Positions 19,082 to 29,854 of a DNA stretch of 64,000 nucleotides are shown piece by piece (positions within the stretch are counted from its first letter, which is position 1; each line of letters begins with the position of its first letter). Under the pieces are notes generated by a model. It was not told the origin of the DNA, made no database searches, and saw only the letters and a list, made by a program, of their open reading frames with translations. The stretch covers positions 32,001-96,000 of the IMG/VR virus record IMGVR_UViG_3300021399_003927; one strand, 5' to 3'. Both the position numbers and the translations under genes were made by a program. The DNA comes from a virus. Its lineage: Duplodnaviria; Caudoviricetes.

Positions 19082-20803
19082 CTATTTTATAGTGTGTTCA
19101 TGTTCTGTTCCCTCTTGGTAATCATTAATTACTGTGGTGACAGTAATTTCATTTGTCTTAGGTACTTTAGGGTCATCTTCATCTGTTTCTGTTGGGTCAA
19201 TCACTCCATTTCCCTTCCCCTTAATATTGATTATGTAGGTATAGAATTTACCTTCTACCCATTTTACTTCTGAACTAGGTATAAACACTCTGTTATCATA
19301 CTTTGTTACTCCCTTATAAGTATAGCTAAATTTAACTGTATAGCCAACATTTTCAACAGAGTTAGCCGTATATGGGAATGTATACCATGTTGTAGGGGAA
19401 GCTACGCGGTCAGTATAAACATATCCGTTAGGCTTTGTAAATGTCAAGGTTGATTCATTATTGATTTCAGACATTGTAATTCCATCCAATCCTATGGTTG
19501 CAGTAATCTTTGAAGGATATGAAGCTAACACAGCGTCAGTTCCGTCACCAATCTCTGATGTTGCTGGTAGAATTACAATACCTTCCTTGCCAGTTGGTGG
19601 AATTGCTGGTTGATATTCAGTTCCTCCTGTAATAGTAGTAACTGTTAAGGTCATTTGTGTGTTATTTACTAACCAAGCACTCCATCCCTTTTCACTATCA
19701 GTATTATTGATTCTTACGACTCTCCATCCTTCATTATATGCTTTTTGAAAGGTAGTTTTAAGATTATTATCAGCATTTGTCCAGAAAGCATCATTACCAG
19801 ATGCAAAATCAGAAGCAGAAGTGGTAGAAGCTAATTTAATAAAATATACATTTCTTTTAACATTAGTAGTATTATCAGGACTATATTTCCAATCAGTATT
19901 AATAATATTACCATCAGCATCATAATATTCAAACTGAGCATTTACTACATTAGCAATTGCTTGAAGATAACCACCATATGTTGCATTACTACTACCAAAA
20001 AAATTATTAGCTTGTGTCGATGTTAAATTTGCATCAACTGCATATGGCCAACCAACAATATTGCCAGCAACTAGCTCATCAATTACTTTGGATGTACGAG
20101 TCTCTGTGGTCATTGTTCCTGGTGTCGCTGGTACCTCTGGACTACCTTCTGTATAAGGCGTAAAGTCTACAATTTGAGTGTTTGGGTCATCTGATGTGAA
20201 CTTAAGATAAATCTTAACATTTGCATGTTTAAAATTCAAGGTTGCCCCTTCCCCATATTTTGTTTGGGGAACAGTAGTTGCTGCATATAATAACTCTCTG
20301 TCTTCTGCATATGTTCCATTTTGCGCACCAGCTTGTGCAGCTTCATCATCTGTTGTGAAACCCATTGCTTCAACGGTTAATTCACTAGAAGCCTCATCAA
20401 AAGTCTTAGTGGCATCTTGTGGTATAACACCTATAAAATTGTATTCATCAACATCGTTGTCAAAATACTTAAGATTTTCAGTGTAACCCCAAACATTCCC
20501 AGCAAATGTTCCGTGATAATAATCATTGTCTTTACCCATCACAACTGAGTCTTTTGCCCATGCGTATAATGCAAAATCGGTATAAGTTCCACCGTCAATT
20601 GCAGCTCGTGTAATTGCTCCGCTTTGTCCGTTAACATATCCTCCAATGACATACTGCCCATTACCATTCACTTGGTATGGCTGCCAGTAGCTCCAAAATA
20701 AAGGTTGAGGATAGATGACCGTATTATTGTCTATGTCACAACTAGAAAAGAAAGGTAATGACATAAACAAAAAAACTAAAGAATAAAAACAATTTTTTTT
20801 CAT
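19082..20803 (-). CDS. fimbrillin-like lipoprotein
   Basis: FSSC lipobox; LNFKHANVKI and GKFYTYIINI typical of Mfa/fimbrillin proteins. Confidence 0.65.
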   Translation of the reverse strand: MKKNCFYSLVFLFMSLPFFSSCDIDNNTVIYPQPLFWSYWQPYQVNGNGQYVIGGYVNGQSGAITRAAIDGGTYTDFALYAWAKDSVVMGKDNDYYHGTFAGNVWGYTENLKYFDNDVDEYNFIGVIPQDATKTFDEASSELTVEAMGFTTDDEAAQAGAQNGTYAEDRELLYAATTVPQTKYGEGATLNFKHANVKIYLKFTSDDPNTQIVDFTPYTEGSPEVPATPGTMTTETRTSKVIDELVAGNIVGWPYAVDANLTSTQANNFFGSSNATYGGYLQAIANVVNAQFEYYDADGNIINTDWKYSPDNTTNVKRNVYFIKLASTTSASDFASGNDAFWTNADNNLKTTFQKAYNEGWRVVRINNTDSEKGWSAWLVNNTQMTLTVTTITGGTEYQPAIPPTGKEGIVILPATSEIGDGTDAVLASYPSKITATIGLDGITMSEINNESTLTFTKPNGYVYTDRVASPTTWYTFPYTANSVENVGYTVKFSYTYKGVTKYDNRVFIPSSEVKWVEGKFYTYIINIKGKGNGVIDPTETDEDDPKVPKTNEITVTTVINDYQEGTEHEHTIK

Positions 20804-20848
20804 TTTGTGTCTAGATTTAATTTAAATGTTATTTGTAAAAAAAAAACA

Positions 20849-20943
20849 AGGAACAATAATGGTCGGATTCGAACCGACATAAGATTGATTTGCAGTCAAT
20901 TGAGTATACCATTCCTCCACAGAGTAACTTGCTGTATGTTCCT
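20849..20943 (-). ncRNA. CAGCA-scaffold RNA carrying an acceptor-less tRNA-Cys(GCA)
   Basis: GGAACATACAGCAA...TGTTCC enclosing a D arm, ATTGA-CTGCAAA-TCAAT and a T arm. Confidence 0.8.
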
Positions 20944-20946
20944 TTG

Positions 20947-21018
20947 TAGCGAGAGAGAGAATCGAACTCTCACCTAGTGAATATGAGTCACTTGTTCTAG
21001 CCGTTAGACTATCTCGCT
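20947..21018 (-). tRNA. tRNA-Met(CAT)
   Basis: Cloverleaf; AGTGA-CTCATAT-TCACT. Confidence 0.85.
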
Positions 21019-21093
21019 ATGAATTTATTAAATTCTTCTTCTACAAATTTTGGATTATACCTACCCATATCTTTGATGATATATGGAGTGTAC

Positions 21094-21678
21094 TTATCTT
21101 TTGTCTATGAAGTTGAGCATTATAAACCCACCTTCACTTTGATGCTTTTTTATAAAATAAGAGTTTTTCTTTTTCGAAAGAAATGGAAAGATTCGATAAA
21201 TCCAAGAATTTTGGCATCCATTTATGATTTTAGGCATACCATTTACCTTTTCATACTCAAATTGGTATAGCTTCTTTCCATCGAACCTTCTGTAACCACC
21301 AATGTACATTACATTTGGATATACCGTTTCTATTATACGGCAGAAATCAGAAAACTTATACTCTACTCCGCTAGTCTTTTTGTTTAATGATTCCTTTTCT
21401 GTTTCATCCAAAGTGATAAGAACAGTCACATCACCCATTTTATCGAAAAAATCCAAGACCTCATAGAAAGAGAATATCTTATACTGAAATATTCCATTCC
21501 TAATTATGATTCTGTTAAACTCATTTGTATATACTCTAATATCAAAGAGTCTTACGCCATAATTGATGTATTGTTTTTCATATGATATTGTTTGGCATCG
21601 TCCAAACCATTTGACAAACTTAGACCACCACGAAGATGGTCTAAGATATGTCAGAGAATTATTAGAACCTATTAACAT
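21094..21678 (-). CDS. PI-PLC X-domain-like phosphodiesterase (His to Asn)
   Basis: GSNNS and GVRLFDIR; paralogue of 39806-40381. Confidence 0.6.
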   Translation of the reverse strand: MLIGSNNSLTYLRPSSWWSKFVKWFGRCQTISYEKQYINYGVRLFDIRVYTNEFNRIIIRNGIFQYKIFSFYEVLDFFDKMGDVTVLITLDETEKESLNKKTSGVEYKFSDFCRIIETVYPNVMYIGGYRRFDGKKLYQFEYEKVNGMPKIINGCQNSWIYRIFPFLSKKKNSYFIKKHQSEGGFIMLNFIDKR

Positions 21679-21743
21679 CTTATTTACATTTACTATATAT
21701 TATTTCCCTATATATAATAAATATATGAATGCTAACTAATTGT

Positions 21744-23021
21744 TCAATACCAATTTACACTAGTGTCTTGTACGTAGTTGACAAAATCAGGATATATGTC
21801 TCTGATGTCATCCCTTTCATTGCACCACACAAACGTTGGGTCAACTGCAATCTTTGATGCTGGACTGCCAACTTCTGCTTTCAAAGGTACTAACGTGTTC
21901 TGCTTCATTACTGCAATGGTAATATCCCAAGGAGCAACGATGTGGTCGATTTCAAACGTTACTGGTTCCAAACCATTTACACAATTAGCACCATTAGTGT
22001 TAATCATCGTGCCAACAGTGATACCTAATGTTGGGTTTGCTTCTGCAAACAACTCATGTACCTCTCTACCATCAACGTATAGTGGAATAGTACCACCAGC
22101 TGCTAGAATGGTTACTGTAGTTGTGTTAGAACCTTCTGTATATGAAGCATCAAATACTACGTCATTAAAGTCGAAATCTGAGCCGCCATATGCGCTCAAG
22201 TCTTCACAGATGATACGAACAGTATATCTCTCTGGAGGAGTTACACCCTTTCCAGGAACAATCTTGACAATCCAATCGTTATAGATGTAGTCTCTGTCAA
22301 CTTGCTCGTTCTTATTCTGTCCATTAGCTTCAAAATCAAAACCTACATAGTAATTGCCGTTGATTTTTTCCATACGGAAATTGTAGAATACATGGCCATT
22401 GTCCTCAGAAGACTTGAAACCGAATTTGTGGGAGTCGGTGTTCACCATAAGCATTTTACCATCCCATGCGCCACAATTACCATTGTTGAAGTTATTGATG
22501 TGGTCATCGTAAGACTCTCCAATCACAACCTCTTCCTCGTAAGGCCACCAACGTACAACATTGACGTGCTTGTTGGTCACTGTACAAAGCCAATCCATAT
22601 GTTCTGAACCAGTAACTGTTTGATTATCGTGGTTCTTATAGGTAGCTACGCCTTTGTATACTTGCTGAACGAAGAAACAATCCCAATCAACTAAAGAGGT
22701 ATAAGAAGCCTCACCCTTCTTGTTGAAAACTGCTAACACAGCTTCTCTTTCGGCATCAGTAATGGCCGTAGGTACAACATAACCATTTTTTTCCCATTCG
22801 TTTCCTTTAGGGTCTGCTGCACGAGTAGTCATCCAAAATGATGAAGGTAACGTCCTAGAGCCAAATCCCCAATCTTGGTTCTCTGCTGGCTCACCAAAAA
22901 CTTGCTTGAACACTGCATTATAACTATTCTGGACTGCGTCTTCGTAAGACGTTGTAAATACGTCCTTTTCACAAGCAGTGAACGCTATTAATGCTAGTAA
23001 ACTTAAAATAATTTTCTTCAT
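21744..23021 (-). CDS. DUF4842/LruC-like lipoprotein
   Basis: FTAC lipobox; DYIYNDWIV and DFDFNDVVF motifs. Confidence 0.65.
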   Translation of the reverse strand: MKKIILSLLALIAFTACEKDVFTTSYEDAVQNSYNAVFKQVFGEPAENQDWGFGSRTLPSSFWMTTRAADPKGNEWEKNGYVVPTAITDAEREAVLAVFNKKGEASYTSLVDWDCFFVQQVYKGVATYKNHDNQTVTGSEHMDWLCTVTNKHVNVVRWWPYEEEVVIGESYDDHINNFNNGNCGAWDGKMLMVNTDSHKFGFKSSEDNGHVFYNFRMEKINGNYYVGFDFEANGQNKNEQVDRDYIYNDWIVKIVPGKGVTPPERYTVRIICEDLSAYGGSDFDFNDVVFDASYTEGSNTTTVTILAAGGTIPLYVDGREVHELFAEANPTLGITVGTMINTNGANCVNGLEPVTFEIDHIVAPWDITIAVMKQNTLVPLKAEVGSPASKIAVDPTFVWCNERDDIRDIYPDFVNYVQDTSVNWY

Positions 23022-23045
23022 TTTTATTATAACTTTTTTTTATTT

Positions 23046-23297
23046 TCAACCAAACATACTCATAGGGTCTTCATTAACCTTAACAAGCTCAATAGACAAT
23101 TGGAATCGTGGATTTTCATCCTTTTCCTTATACTCTTCTGGATGCTCTTCCATCTGTTTCACTTGCTCTTCAAGCTTTTTAATAGCCTCCTTGAGCATTG
23201 CAACTTTGTCAGTTCCAGGATAGTTTAAACCAAACCTAAACTCTTTTCCTTCCATAAGCAGCATTTTTGCTTGTAACATTTTTGTAAACTTATCCAT
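23046..23297 (-). CDS. hypothetical protein
   Basis: Start probably MDKF because the upstream part overlaps a tRNA-like element. Confidence 0.5.
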   Translation of the reverse strand: MDKFTKMLQAKMLLMEGKEFRFGLNYPGTDKVAMLKEAIKKLEEQVKQMEEHPEEYKEKDENPRFQLSIELVKVNEDPMSMFG

Positions 23298-23313
23298 AAC
23301 CTTAAATAATTTG

Positions 23314-23375
23314 TCAGTGGCGTTGGACTCGAACCAACCATGCTCTAGAATCATCGCACCAAAAATTTACCACTG
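23314..23375 (-). ncRNA. degenerate tRNA-like shell
   Basis: Acceptor CAGTGGT/GCCACTG and T arm GTTGG-TTCGAGT-CCAAC; no D stem. Confidence 0.6.
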
Positions 23376-23873
23376 TTTTGTTAAAAAATGGCTGCTAAGT
23401 TAGCTACTCCTAGCAGCCATAAAGCCCATCATATCCCAATCTCCCTCACGTGCTAGGTAGGTGATATGATATAGTCACGAAAGTTTCCTTTAGTATAAAT
23501 ATAAATAATAATTGATAAATATAATCTATTTTTTCAGAGTTATTTTATTAAATAGATTCATAATTAACTTCCGTAACTTTTTAAGACTTTTTGTTGTATT
23601 CTAATCCGTATTTAAAGAACTTCTCACATAGTATCATCACTTGGTTCTGTGACATAAATGATGGCTCACCTAGTAATTCGATTCTCATCTTCTTACGGAA
23701 AAATTCTAGTGCTTCCTTATCCATCATTGTATTCTTTTTAAATAAGTTATTTTCAATAAGTCATTCTATCTAGGAACTCGTCATCATCTTCTTCTTTTGC
23801 AATTATTCCCATGTCGAAAATGCAACGTTTCCTTTTACCACTTGCTTCACACTTCCCATATAACCGACATTTT

Positions 23874-24185
23874 TCATTGCAAGGTATCATGGTTTAATTC
23901 TTTTAAAGTGTTATTGGTTAAATCTTTACTTTCTTTTCTGAGGGTTTTAATCTTTTTGTGCGCATCATATTGGTCACATCTGTACGTCCACTTTGTAGCC
24001 GTTTTTTTGTACTGTTTGACCTTTGATGATGGGTCAGAATCAAGTTCTTTCCAATTTTTCGCATCCCTATACCCTCTAGGGGCATTTTCATCTTTAACTA
24101 TCCAATAGTACAAGTTTTTGTTAATGCGAGACACATATTTTGTGTGTGACTTCCACATTCTGAACGCTTTGCCTCTTTTTGTCAT
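23874..24185 (-). CDS. hypothetical basic protein
   Basis: 103-aa ORF. Confidence 0.55.
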   Translation of the reverse strand: MTKRGKAFRMWKSHTKYVSRINKNLYYWIVKDENAPRGYRDAKNWKELDSDPSSKVKQYKKTATKWTYRCDQYDAHKKIKTLRKESKDLTNNTLKELNHDTLQ

Positions 24186-24425
24186 AAATATAAATAGTTT
24201 GTAAAGATTGTTTATTCGCTAAACTAATACCGAAATGTTACCAAATGTTCAGTACCATCGTCTAATTTAACACCCCCATCATTAATGGGTCTTCCATTCC
24301 TTATCCATTCCTCATATGTAAATGGCCTCCAATATTCAAAAAATATATCACCATTTGCCCACATATTGAACCCATATACATTGTAATCGTCTTCGTATGG
24401 CCTATTCATATCTTTATATTTTAAG

Positions 24426-24497
24426 TACCCCTAGATGGAATCGAACCATCATCTTAGGTTTAGGAAACCCACGCTCTATCCGTTGAGCTATAGGGGC
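24426..24497 (-). tRNA. tRNA-Arg(CCT)
   Basis: Canonical cloverleaf. Confidence 0.92.
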
Positions 24498-24556
24498 ATT
24501 TGAAAACAATTAAGACTTACCAACCATTCTCCAAATTGATAAGCCTTAAAAGTTAT

Positions 24557-25111
24557 TTAGTGTCTGCCAAGTCTGAATCTACGATTCATAATTACGCTTG
24601 GGTCAGTTTCCTCTACCACTGGCGGAGTCTTCCAAGGCTCGTCACTCTCCGTCTTACGGACGAAGCGTCCATTAACGTCACGTCTTACAAGCTCTGGAGC
24701 ACGCGGTGCTTCACGAGGAGCTTCAAAGCGAGAACAATCTCTACGAACCTCTGGTCTACCACACTGAGACTGTCTTGGCTGCACGCAGCCATTAAGCAGT
24801 TCAGTAACTACACAGAGCAATACTGCTGATGCAATCGGAAGCTCTGGAGTACTGTCAATCAAGTAGACCTCACCACTCCTTACATCGAAAGCAAGGACAG
24901 CGTGTACGCCATTCTGTGCATCACGGCTGATTGCACGTGCCTCTTCGCTACTGAGCTTATACTCGCGGTCAGCGTTAGGCGTGGTGGCGCACTCTACATG
25001 ATTCTCAGAGAGGTGGTAGATTACAAGACGCAGATTTGACTTGTCGCTACACTGTGACAGAATTTCAGCCATAGGGCTGTTGTCAGAATGAAGTTTAATG
25101 TAATTCCACAT
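24557..25111 (-). CDS. hypothetical protein
   Basis: 184-aa ORF with an RDVNGRF motif. Confidence 0.6.
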   Translation of the reverse strand: MWNYIKLHSDNSPMAEILSQCSDKSNLRLVIYHLSENHVECATTPNADREYKLSSEEARAISRDAQNGVHAVLAFDVRSGEVYLIDSTPELPIASAVLLCVVTELLNGCVQPRQSQCGRPEVRRDCSRFEAPREAPRAPELVRRDVNGRFVRKTESDEPWKTPPVVEETDPSVIMNRRFRLGRH

Positions 25112-25206
25112 AAATTTCTCTTGTTAGCTAATTAATACTCGTTTGTTAAAAAAAAAATAGGTGGGTAGCTTGGTGGCCACCCACCTTTAAAAGAGAGATA
25201 CAACGA

Positions 25207-25551
25207 TTACTCTGCGCTAGCAGTCTCCTCATCGTCACCGAAGAACTCGTCAAAGGTTGACTGAGCAATCTTGAGTTCAACGTTCAGCTCGTAGAGACGA
25301 GTCTTAGCGCTCTGCAAGTCAGCAGCCCACTTGGTTGGATTCCAACCCTTCACGCCAGGACGGAGTGAATCAGTGGTGTCTGGAGCGAAGTCGGTCAGAC
25401 CCTGAATCTGCATTTCCACGTTGGTCTTCTCAATCTTGAGCTTGTGGATGATTTCCTCTTGGGCAATCTTTGCCTGAGTGTTAATCTGTGAAGCACGTGC
25501 TGCAAGAGCCTTAGAGTCATTCTGACTCATCATCTGTAAAAACTTTCCCAT
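25207..25551 (-). CDS. hypothetical coiled-coil protein
   Basis: Tandem promoters upstream; terminator at 25148-25186. Confidence 0.7.
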   Translation of the reverse strand: MGKFLQMMSQNDSKALAARASQINTQAKIAQEEIIHKLKIEKTNVEMQIQGLTDFAPDTTDSLRPGVKGWNPTKWAADLQSAKTRLYELNVELKIAQSTFDEFFGDDEETASAE

Positions 25552-25779
25552 TGTTGTTTAGTTTTAAAAGGTTTATAAAATGTGAACTATAAATAATTGT
25601 TTTACAACTTGTTGTTGTCTTTTTTACAATGCAAAGATATATTTTTTTTTCGTAATTTCCAAATTTTTTGGGATTAATTTTTCAAAAAATTTACCTTTGT
25701 TTTTTGATGTTGTTTTCATCGTTTCTTTTTAACAATGCAAAGATATATCTTTTTTTCGTAATTTCCAAATTTTTCAGTG

Positions 25780-26766
25780 TTAATGCTTGTTAAAAGTTTT
25801 GAAAGCCTCATCTGCAAGCTGTGATACTAGGTCTATCTGAGCAGTTGCTAACGCACTTCTGAACATTCTAGGGCTAATGCGCCTTTTAGAGCCTTTCTTG
25901 CCCTTTCTAGAGGCTATTACCTTGTCTACAAGCTCTTTGGAGGGTTTCAACTGTTCTTTCTCTGACGAATAACCAACGTGGGTAAACCCAAGGAAAGAAC
26001 CGCTTTTTTCAATCTTACAAAGCTCAACATGGTTTTCGCCATATTTAAACTCTCCAGTGCGAACTTTAATCTGCTTGATGTACCTAATGGTTGGGTCTTT
26101 AATGCTTGCGCCAATTGCAAACATGGCATCAAAGAAATTGGTCAGCTTTTTACTACCACTAAGACTGTTCTGTGTTAAAGGAGTTCCCAAGTTACGCTTT
26201 GGAGTATGGGAAAGCACAAGAATGCTTATACCATATTTTTTCTTCAATGTACAAAGGTTTTTCATGAGCTTTCCAGCAGTGGTTGCAGTGTCTTTCATGT
26301 TCACCAACCAACTAAGGTTGTCAACAATGATTACCTTTGAGTTGTATTTGTTAATGTTGGCCTCAATACCGCCAATAATAACCTCATCAAAACTTTGCTT
26401 GGAGGCATCACAATAATCTCTTACCTTATCACTATCAAGCTCAACACGAATGAACTTGTCATTGAACTTGAAGGTACTTTTATTCTTTTCGTCAGTATAG
26501 CGGAGTTCAAACTGCTTCTTGCTCAACTCAAAGTCATAATACAAAACAGTTTCATCCTTGCCCAACTTATCAGCAATCATATTGCTCATTTGAACAGCAA
26601 GAATACTCTTACCGACATTAGCATCAGCAAAAAGGCAACATACCTCATTCTCAATCCAAAACTCTTTCCAAAGCTTCTTCGGATTCCTCTGCACTTTTGC
26701 GGCCTCTATTGTTTCGTTGGCCGTCATTGCGCTAAAGATGTCTGTTAAATTTGGTTTGTTTGCCAT
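25780..26766 (-). CDS. RecA-like AAA ATPase
   Basis: Walker A ADANVGKS, DFE, Walker B IIVDN, LSH. Confidence 0.85.
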   Translation of the reverse strand: MANKPNLTDIFSAMTANETIEAAKVQRNPKKLWKEFWIENEVCCLFADANVGKSILAVQMSNMIADKLGKDETVLYYDFELSKKQFELRYTDEKNKSTFKFNDKFIRVELDSDKVRDYCDASKQSFDEVIIGGIEANINKYNSKVIIVDNLSWLVNMKDTATTAGKLMKNLCTLKKKYGISILVLSHTPKRNLGTPLTQNSLSGSKKLTNFFDAMFAIGASIKDPTIRYIKQIKVRTGEFKYGENHVELCKIEKSGSFLGFTHVGYSSEKEQLKPSKELVDKVIASRKGKKGSKRRISPRMFRSALATAQIDLVSQLADEAFKTFNKH

Positions 26767-26801
26767 ATATAAAAATTAAATTGATTTCTAACTTTATTAT
26801 T

Positions 26802-27191
26802 TCATGAATGAAAAAATGATAAAGCTTTATCATTTTTTATTTCCATATTTTTTTCTTCCATATTTCCAGAAATAGTAAAATATCTTTTGACTACATCTAT
26901 ATCTGATAAGGATGGACGAGTGAAACACTCAGTTTTTCCATTATAATATAATATATCCATATTACCAAATTTAGAATGTATTTCTTGTAAGTATTTAATT
27001 AAACTTTCAAGGTCAAAACTTGCGCCATAATTAGTCGTTCTCACCTTTTTCCTCGTATCACGTAATTCATTATAACAAATATTATTTACTAAAAGTGGGG
27101 AAAATGTTTTTTTTCTTTCATTGGCTTCACCAATGGTGATTTTTTCTTTTTTAACCCCATCTATTATAATACTTACAACTTTTTTATCCAT
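26802..27191 (-). CDS. hypothetical protein
   Basis: 129-aa ORF. Confidence 0.55.
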   Translation of the reverse strand: MDKKVVSIIIDGVKKEKITIGEANERKKTFSPLLVNNICYNELRDTRKKVRTTNYGASFDLESLIKYLQEIHSKFGNMDILYYNGKTECFTRPSLSDIDVVKRYFTISGNMEEKNMEIKNDKALSFFHS

Positions 27192-27220
27192 ATTACTATA
27201 TCCATATTAGTAAATGTTTG

Positions 27221-27292
27221 TACCCCCTCAAGGAATCGAACCTTGTTCTCCAGCGTCACGCTATTGTTGTCCTACCATTAGACGAAGGGGGT
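27221..27292 (-). ncRNA. tRNA-like RNA with collapsed anticodon loop
   Basis: Normal acceptor, D and T arms; TAGCG-TGA-CGCTG. Confidence 0.7.
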
Positions 27293-27580
27293 ATAGCGGT
27301 GGATTGATTTTGCTAGCGTTGCTCATTCCACCTAAAGGCAACAGTTGTACTCAACCAACGAGACGGTTTATAGACACCCACATGACTCGAAATCCGACAA
27401 CCCAGTCAGTTGCTTGAGGGCAACCACTCTACAACCTTATGCGTCATACCATTACGCAATAGAAAAGGGAAGGCTGTATACCCTTAGTTCGTTATTTTAC
27501 TTGATACATCATTACTGTACCTCCACCGACAACTACGTCAATGTTAGCACCTTCATATTCTTTTATTTTAAAAATTAAAA

Positions 27581-27895
27581 TCAATAGAAACTGCTTATCT
27601 TTACCTCAAGAGAAGACACAGTATCTGCTGTAGCGGCCTCTTTCTCTACGATGTTGATTTCTGCATAACCACAGTCACCACCTTGAATGAAGATGCTACC
27701 ATCCTTTTTATGTTTAACATTCCTATTCTCCCACTTTCTGCGCTCGTCATCATTGCGGAAAGCGTAGTCATCAAGAATCTTCTCGTAAACTTTTTCCACT
27801 ACAGCTTTTGCTGTTTCTTTACTGTCGCAAGGGATGACTTCAGTTTTTACTGCGTGGTCATCACTGTCGAAAAACATTGTTTCTACTACTACCAT
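27581..27895 (-). CDS. hypothetical protein
   Basis: ORF directly after a promoter. Confidence 0.6.
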   Translation of the reverse strand: MVVVETMFFDSDDHAVKTEVIPCDSKETAKAVVEKVYEKILDDYAFRNDDERRKWENRNVKHKKDGSIFIQGGDCGYAEINIVEKEAATADTVSSLEVKISSFY

Positions 27896-27993
27896 TGTTT
27901 TTTAAAGTTAATAATGTTGTTGTTAAATTTCGGTGCAAATATATGAAAAATAAATGGAATAACCAAATATTTTAGCATTTATTATGCATTTTG

Positions 27994-28068
27994 TAGCAGA
28001 GAGAGGACTCGAACCTCTGACCTCCCCATTATGCGTGGGGTGAGCTGACCCAACTGCTCTACTCTGCA
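27994..28068 (-). tRNA. tRNA-Met(CAT), initiator-like, G33
   Basis: U1:U72 mismatch; loop CGCATAA. Confidence 0.8.
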
Positions 28069-28164
28069 AAACTAAGTATACCTAGAACACCTTTCAACAT
28101 TGATGAACTTCATAACAGTAACGGCCTATTACCGTTATGCTCTATCAACATCTAATCAATGTTG

Positions 28165-28861
28165 TGGGCCTAGAGGGGCTTGAACCCACGACCTTCAGAT
28201 TCATGCTACACTATGTTACCATAGTCAAACAAAGCTTGTAAAACCATTACGACTGCTCTTGGGTCAGCACTTTACGCATCTTACGCTATTTCAGAAGCCT
28301 TCTGAGATTTTACAAATTGCTTTCTATACCCCTCTGTACCTTAGAGTCGTTGACCAGTATAGAAACTTTGTTTGTTGTAGTCTGGAATACATCTTTACCA
28401 TATTGAAATTCTTGCAAGATTATGTTAGGGCTGAAACCTTTTGAGGTAAGACGTATCTATCTCATATATAGCAGTTTCTACACTCTGCTTTAACATAAAT
28501 TTCAACTTAGGTATCTCCTATATACTCTCTACACATTTATGAATGTAGCATACTTAATCATTAACTTTTCTGAAGCGTATTTTCATTCTCATTAGAGATT
28601 TTTTCGCCTCTACATTCAATTTAGCACGGTATAATCCTTACACATTATTGGTTAGTGTTGTGTTAGTTCGCCTCAAGGTAGCACGGATAAATCCGTGTCG
28701 TTCTTCAGGCTACCACTCGTAGGTTTAATGACTAACTCCATTAAAAGGACTTCCACCGTTTTAGGGAGATTCTACATAGGGATTTCTCGCCTATGCACAC
28801 AATTGTGAAACGCTTTTCACATCTATGAGTCTGCTGCTCTAACCAACTGAGCTATAGGCCC
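28165..28861 (-). tRNA. tRNA(CAT), Ile2-like, split by a group I intron
   Basis: 5' exon 28825-28861 and 3' exon 28165-28201 join into a cloverleaf with loop CTCATAA. Confidence 0.88.
28202..28824 (-). mobile_element. group I intron (about 623 nt) after position 36
   Basis: 5' exon ends in U, intron ends in G; P/Q/R/S-like cores AAAACGGTGGAA, ATACCGTGCTAAA, GTAGAGAGTATA, AAGATGTATTCC. Confidence 0.88.
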
Positions 28862-29222
28862 AAATTGCCAAAGGAACTTTCAAGTTAATTCTATCATGTA
28901 TGCTGCGCCTTACGCCTAGACTCTGACGCATTAATTAAATAAGATAAGTACTCCTTCCGTAACAAATCACATACATGAATCCTATGTTAGACTCTCTTTG
29001 GCTATATGGTTTATTCAATAATAATAATAGTCTTCGTCATAAAACTCGTCTTCGTAGTCTTCATCACCATTTTCTATGATGTCCATTACGTCCTCTTCGG
29101 AGATTCCCAACTCATCGGCTATGTCTTCTACTGTATAGCCGTCTTCAATCATGTTGTAAATTTCTTCTTCCATAATAATTTTTTTGCAAATATATGATTT
29201 TTATTTTTAATAACCAAATATT

Positions 29223-29477
29223 TTAAGATTTTTTAATGTTATACAACCAATAATAAATTAAAACAATTATCCCACCAAACAAAAACACGATACCATAAGA
29301 CATAGCCATACAAGCATACACATAAGCAACATCAAGCAAATTCATAAGGCTTTTGGTGAACATTTCCTTAGTTGGCATGCCACTCACATTACTAGGCACT
29401 ATGTTATCTTTGAATATAAGAAAACTAGTTAAACAGAATAATGCGATGAACAATATGATTTTGAATTTATTTTTCAT
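29223..29477 (-). CDS. membrane protein
   Basis: Two hydrophobic segments. Confidence 0.55.
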   Translation of the reverse strand: MKNKFKIILFIALFCLTSFLIFKDNIVPSNVSGMPTKEMFTKSLMNLLDVAYVYACMAMSYGIVFLFGGIIVLIYYWLYNIKKS

Positions 29478-29479
29478 AT

Positions 29480-29854
29480 TTAATAATTTTGTTTACTAGG
29501 TATAACACCTCTGACTCCTCCCCTTGGGTTTTCAACATCACCCTCATATCTAGGAATTATATGTATATGGCAATGATGAATGGTTTGTCCAGCAACCTCT
29601 CCACAGTTAATACCGATATTATAACCTTGGGGATGGTATCTTTCGTCTAATATTTTTTTGACATTCTCTATTGCATAATGCAATGACTCCTTTTGAGAAT
29701 CTGATAAATCAAAATATGTTTCAACGTGTTCCTTTGGTATAATAAGTGTATGACCTTTAGATACTGGATATTCATCTAATACAGCTTTCCATACAGTTCT
29801 GTCGAACAACACATTCTCTTCCTTTTGATTTTCACAAAAAACACACTTATCCAT
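29480..29854 (-). CDS. HIT family hydrolase
   Basis: CVFC, GHTLIIPK, HCHIHIIPR. Confidence 0.92.
   Translation of the reverse strand: MDKCVFCENQKEENVLFDRTVWKAVLDEYPVSKGHTLIIPKEHVETYFDLSDSQKESLHYAIENVKKILDERYHPQGYNIGINCGEVAGQTIHHCHIHIIPRYEGDVENPRGGVRGVIPSKQNY

Noticed and set aside
23421-23475. HDV-like/theta ribozyme
   Set aside because: The nested double pseudoknot could not be built, and none was recognised downstream of the tRNAs by eye
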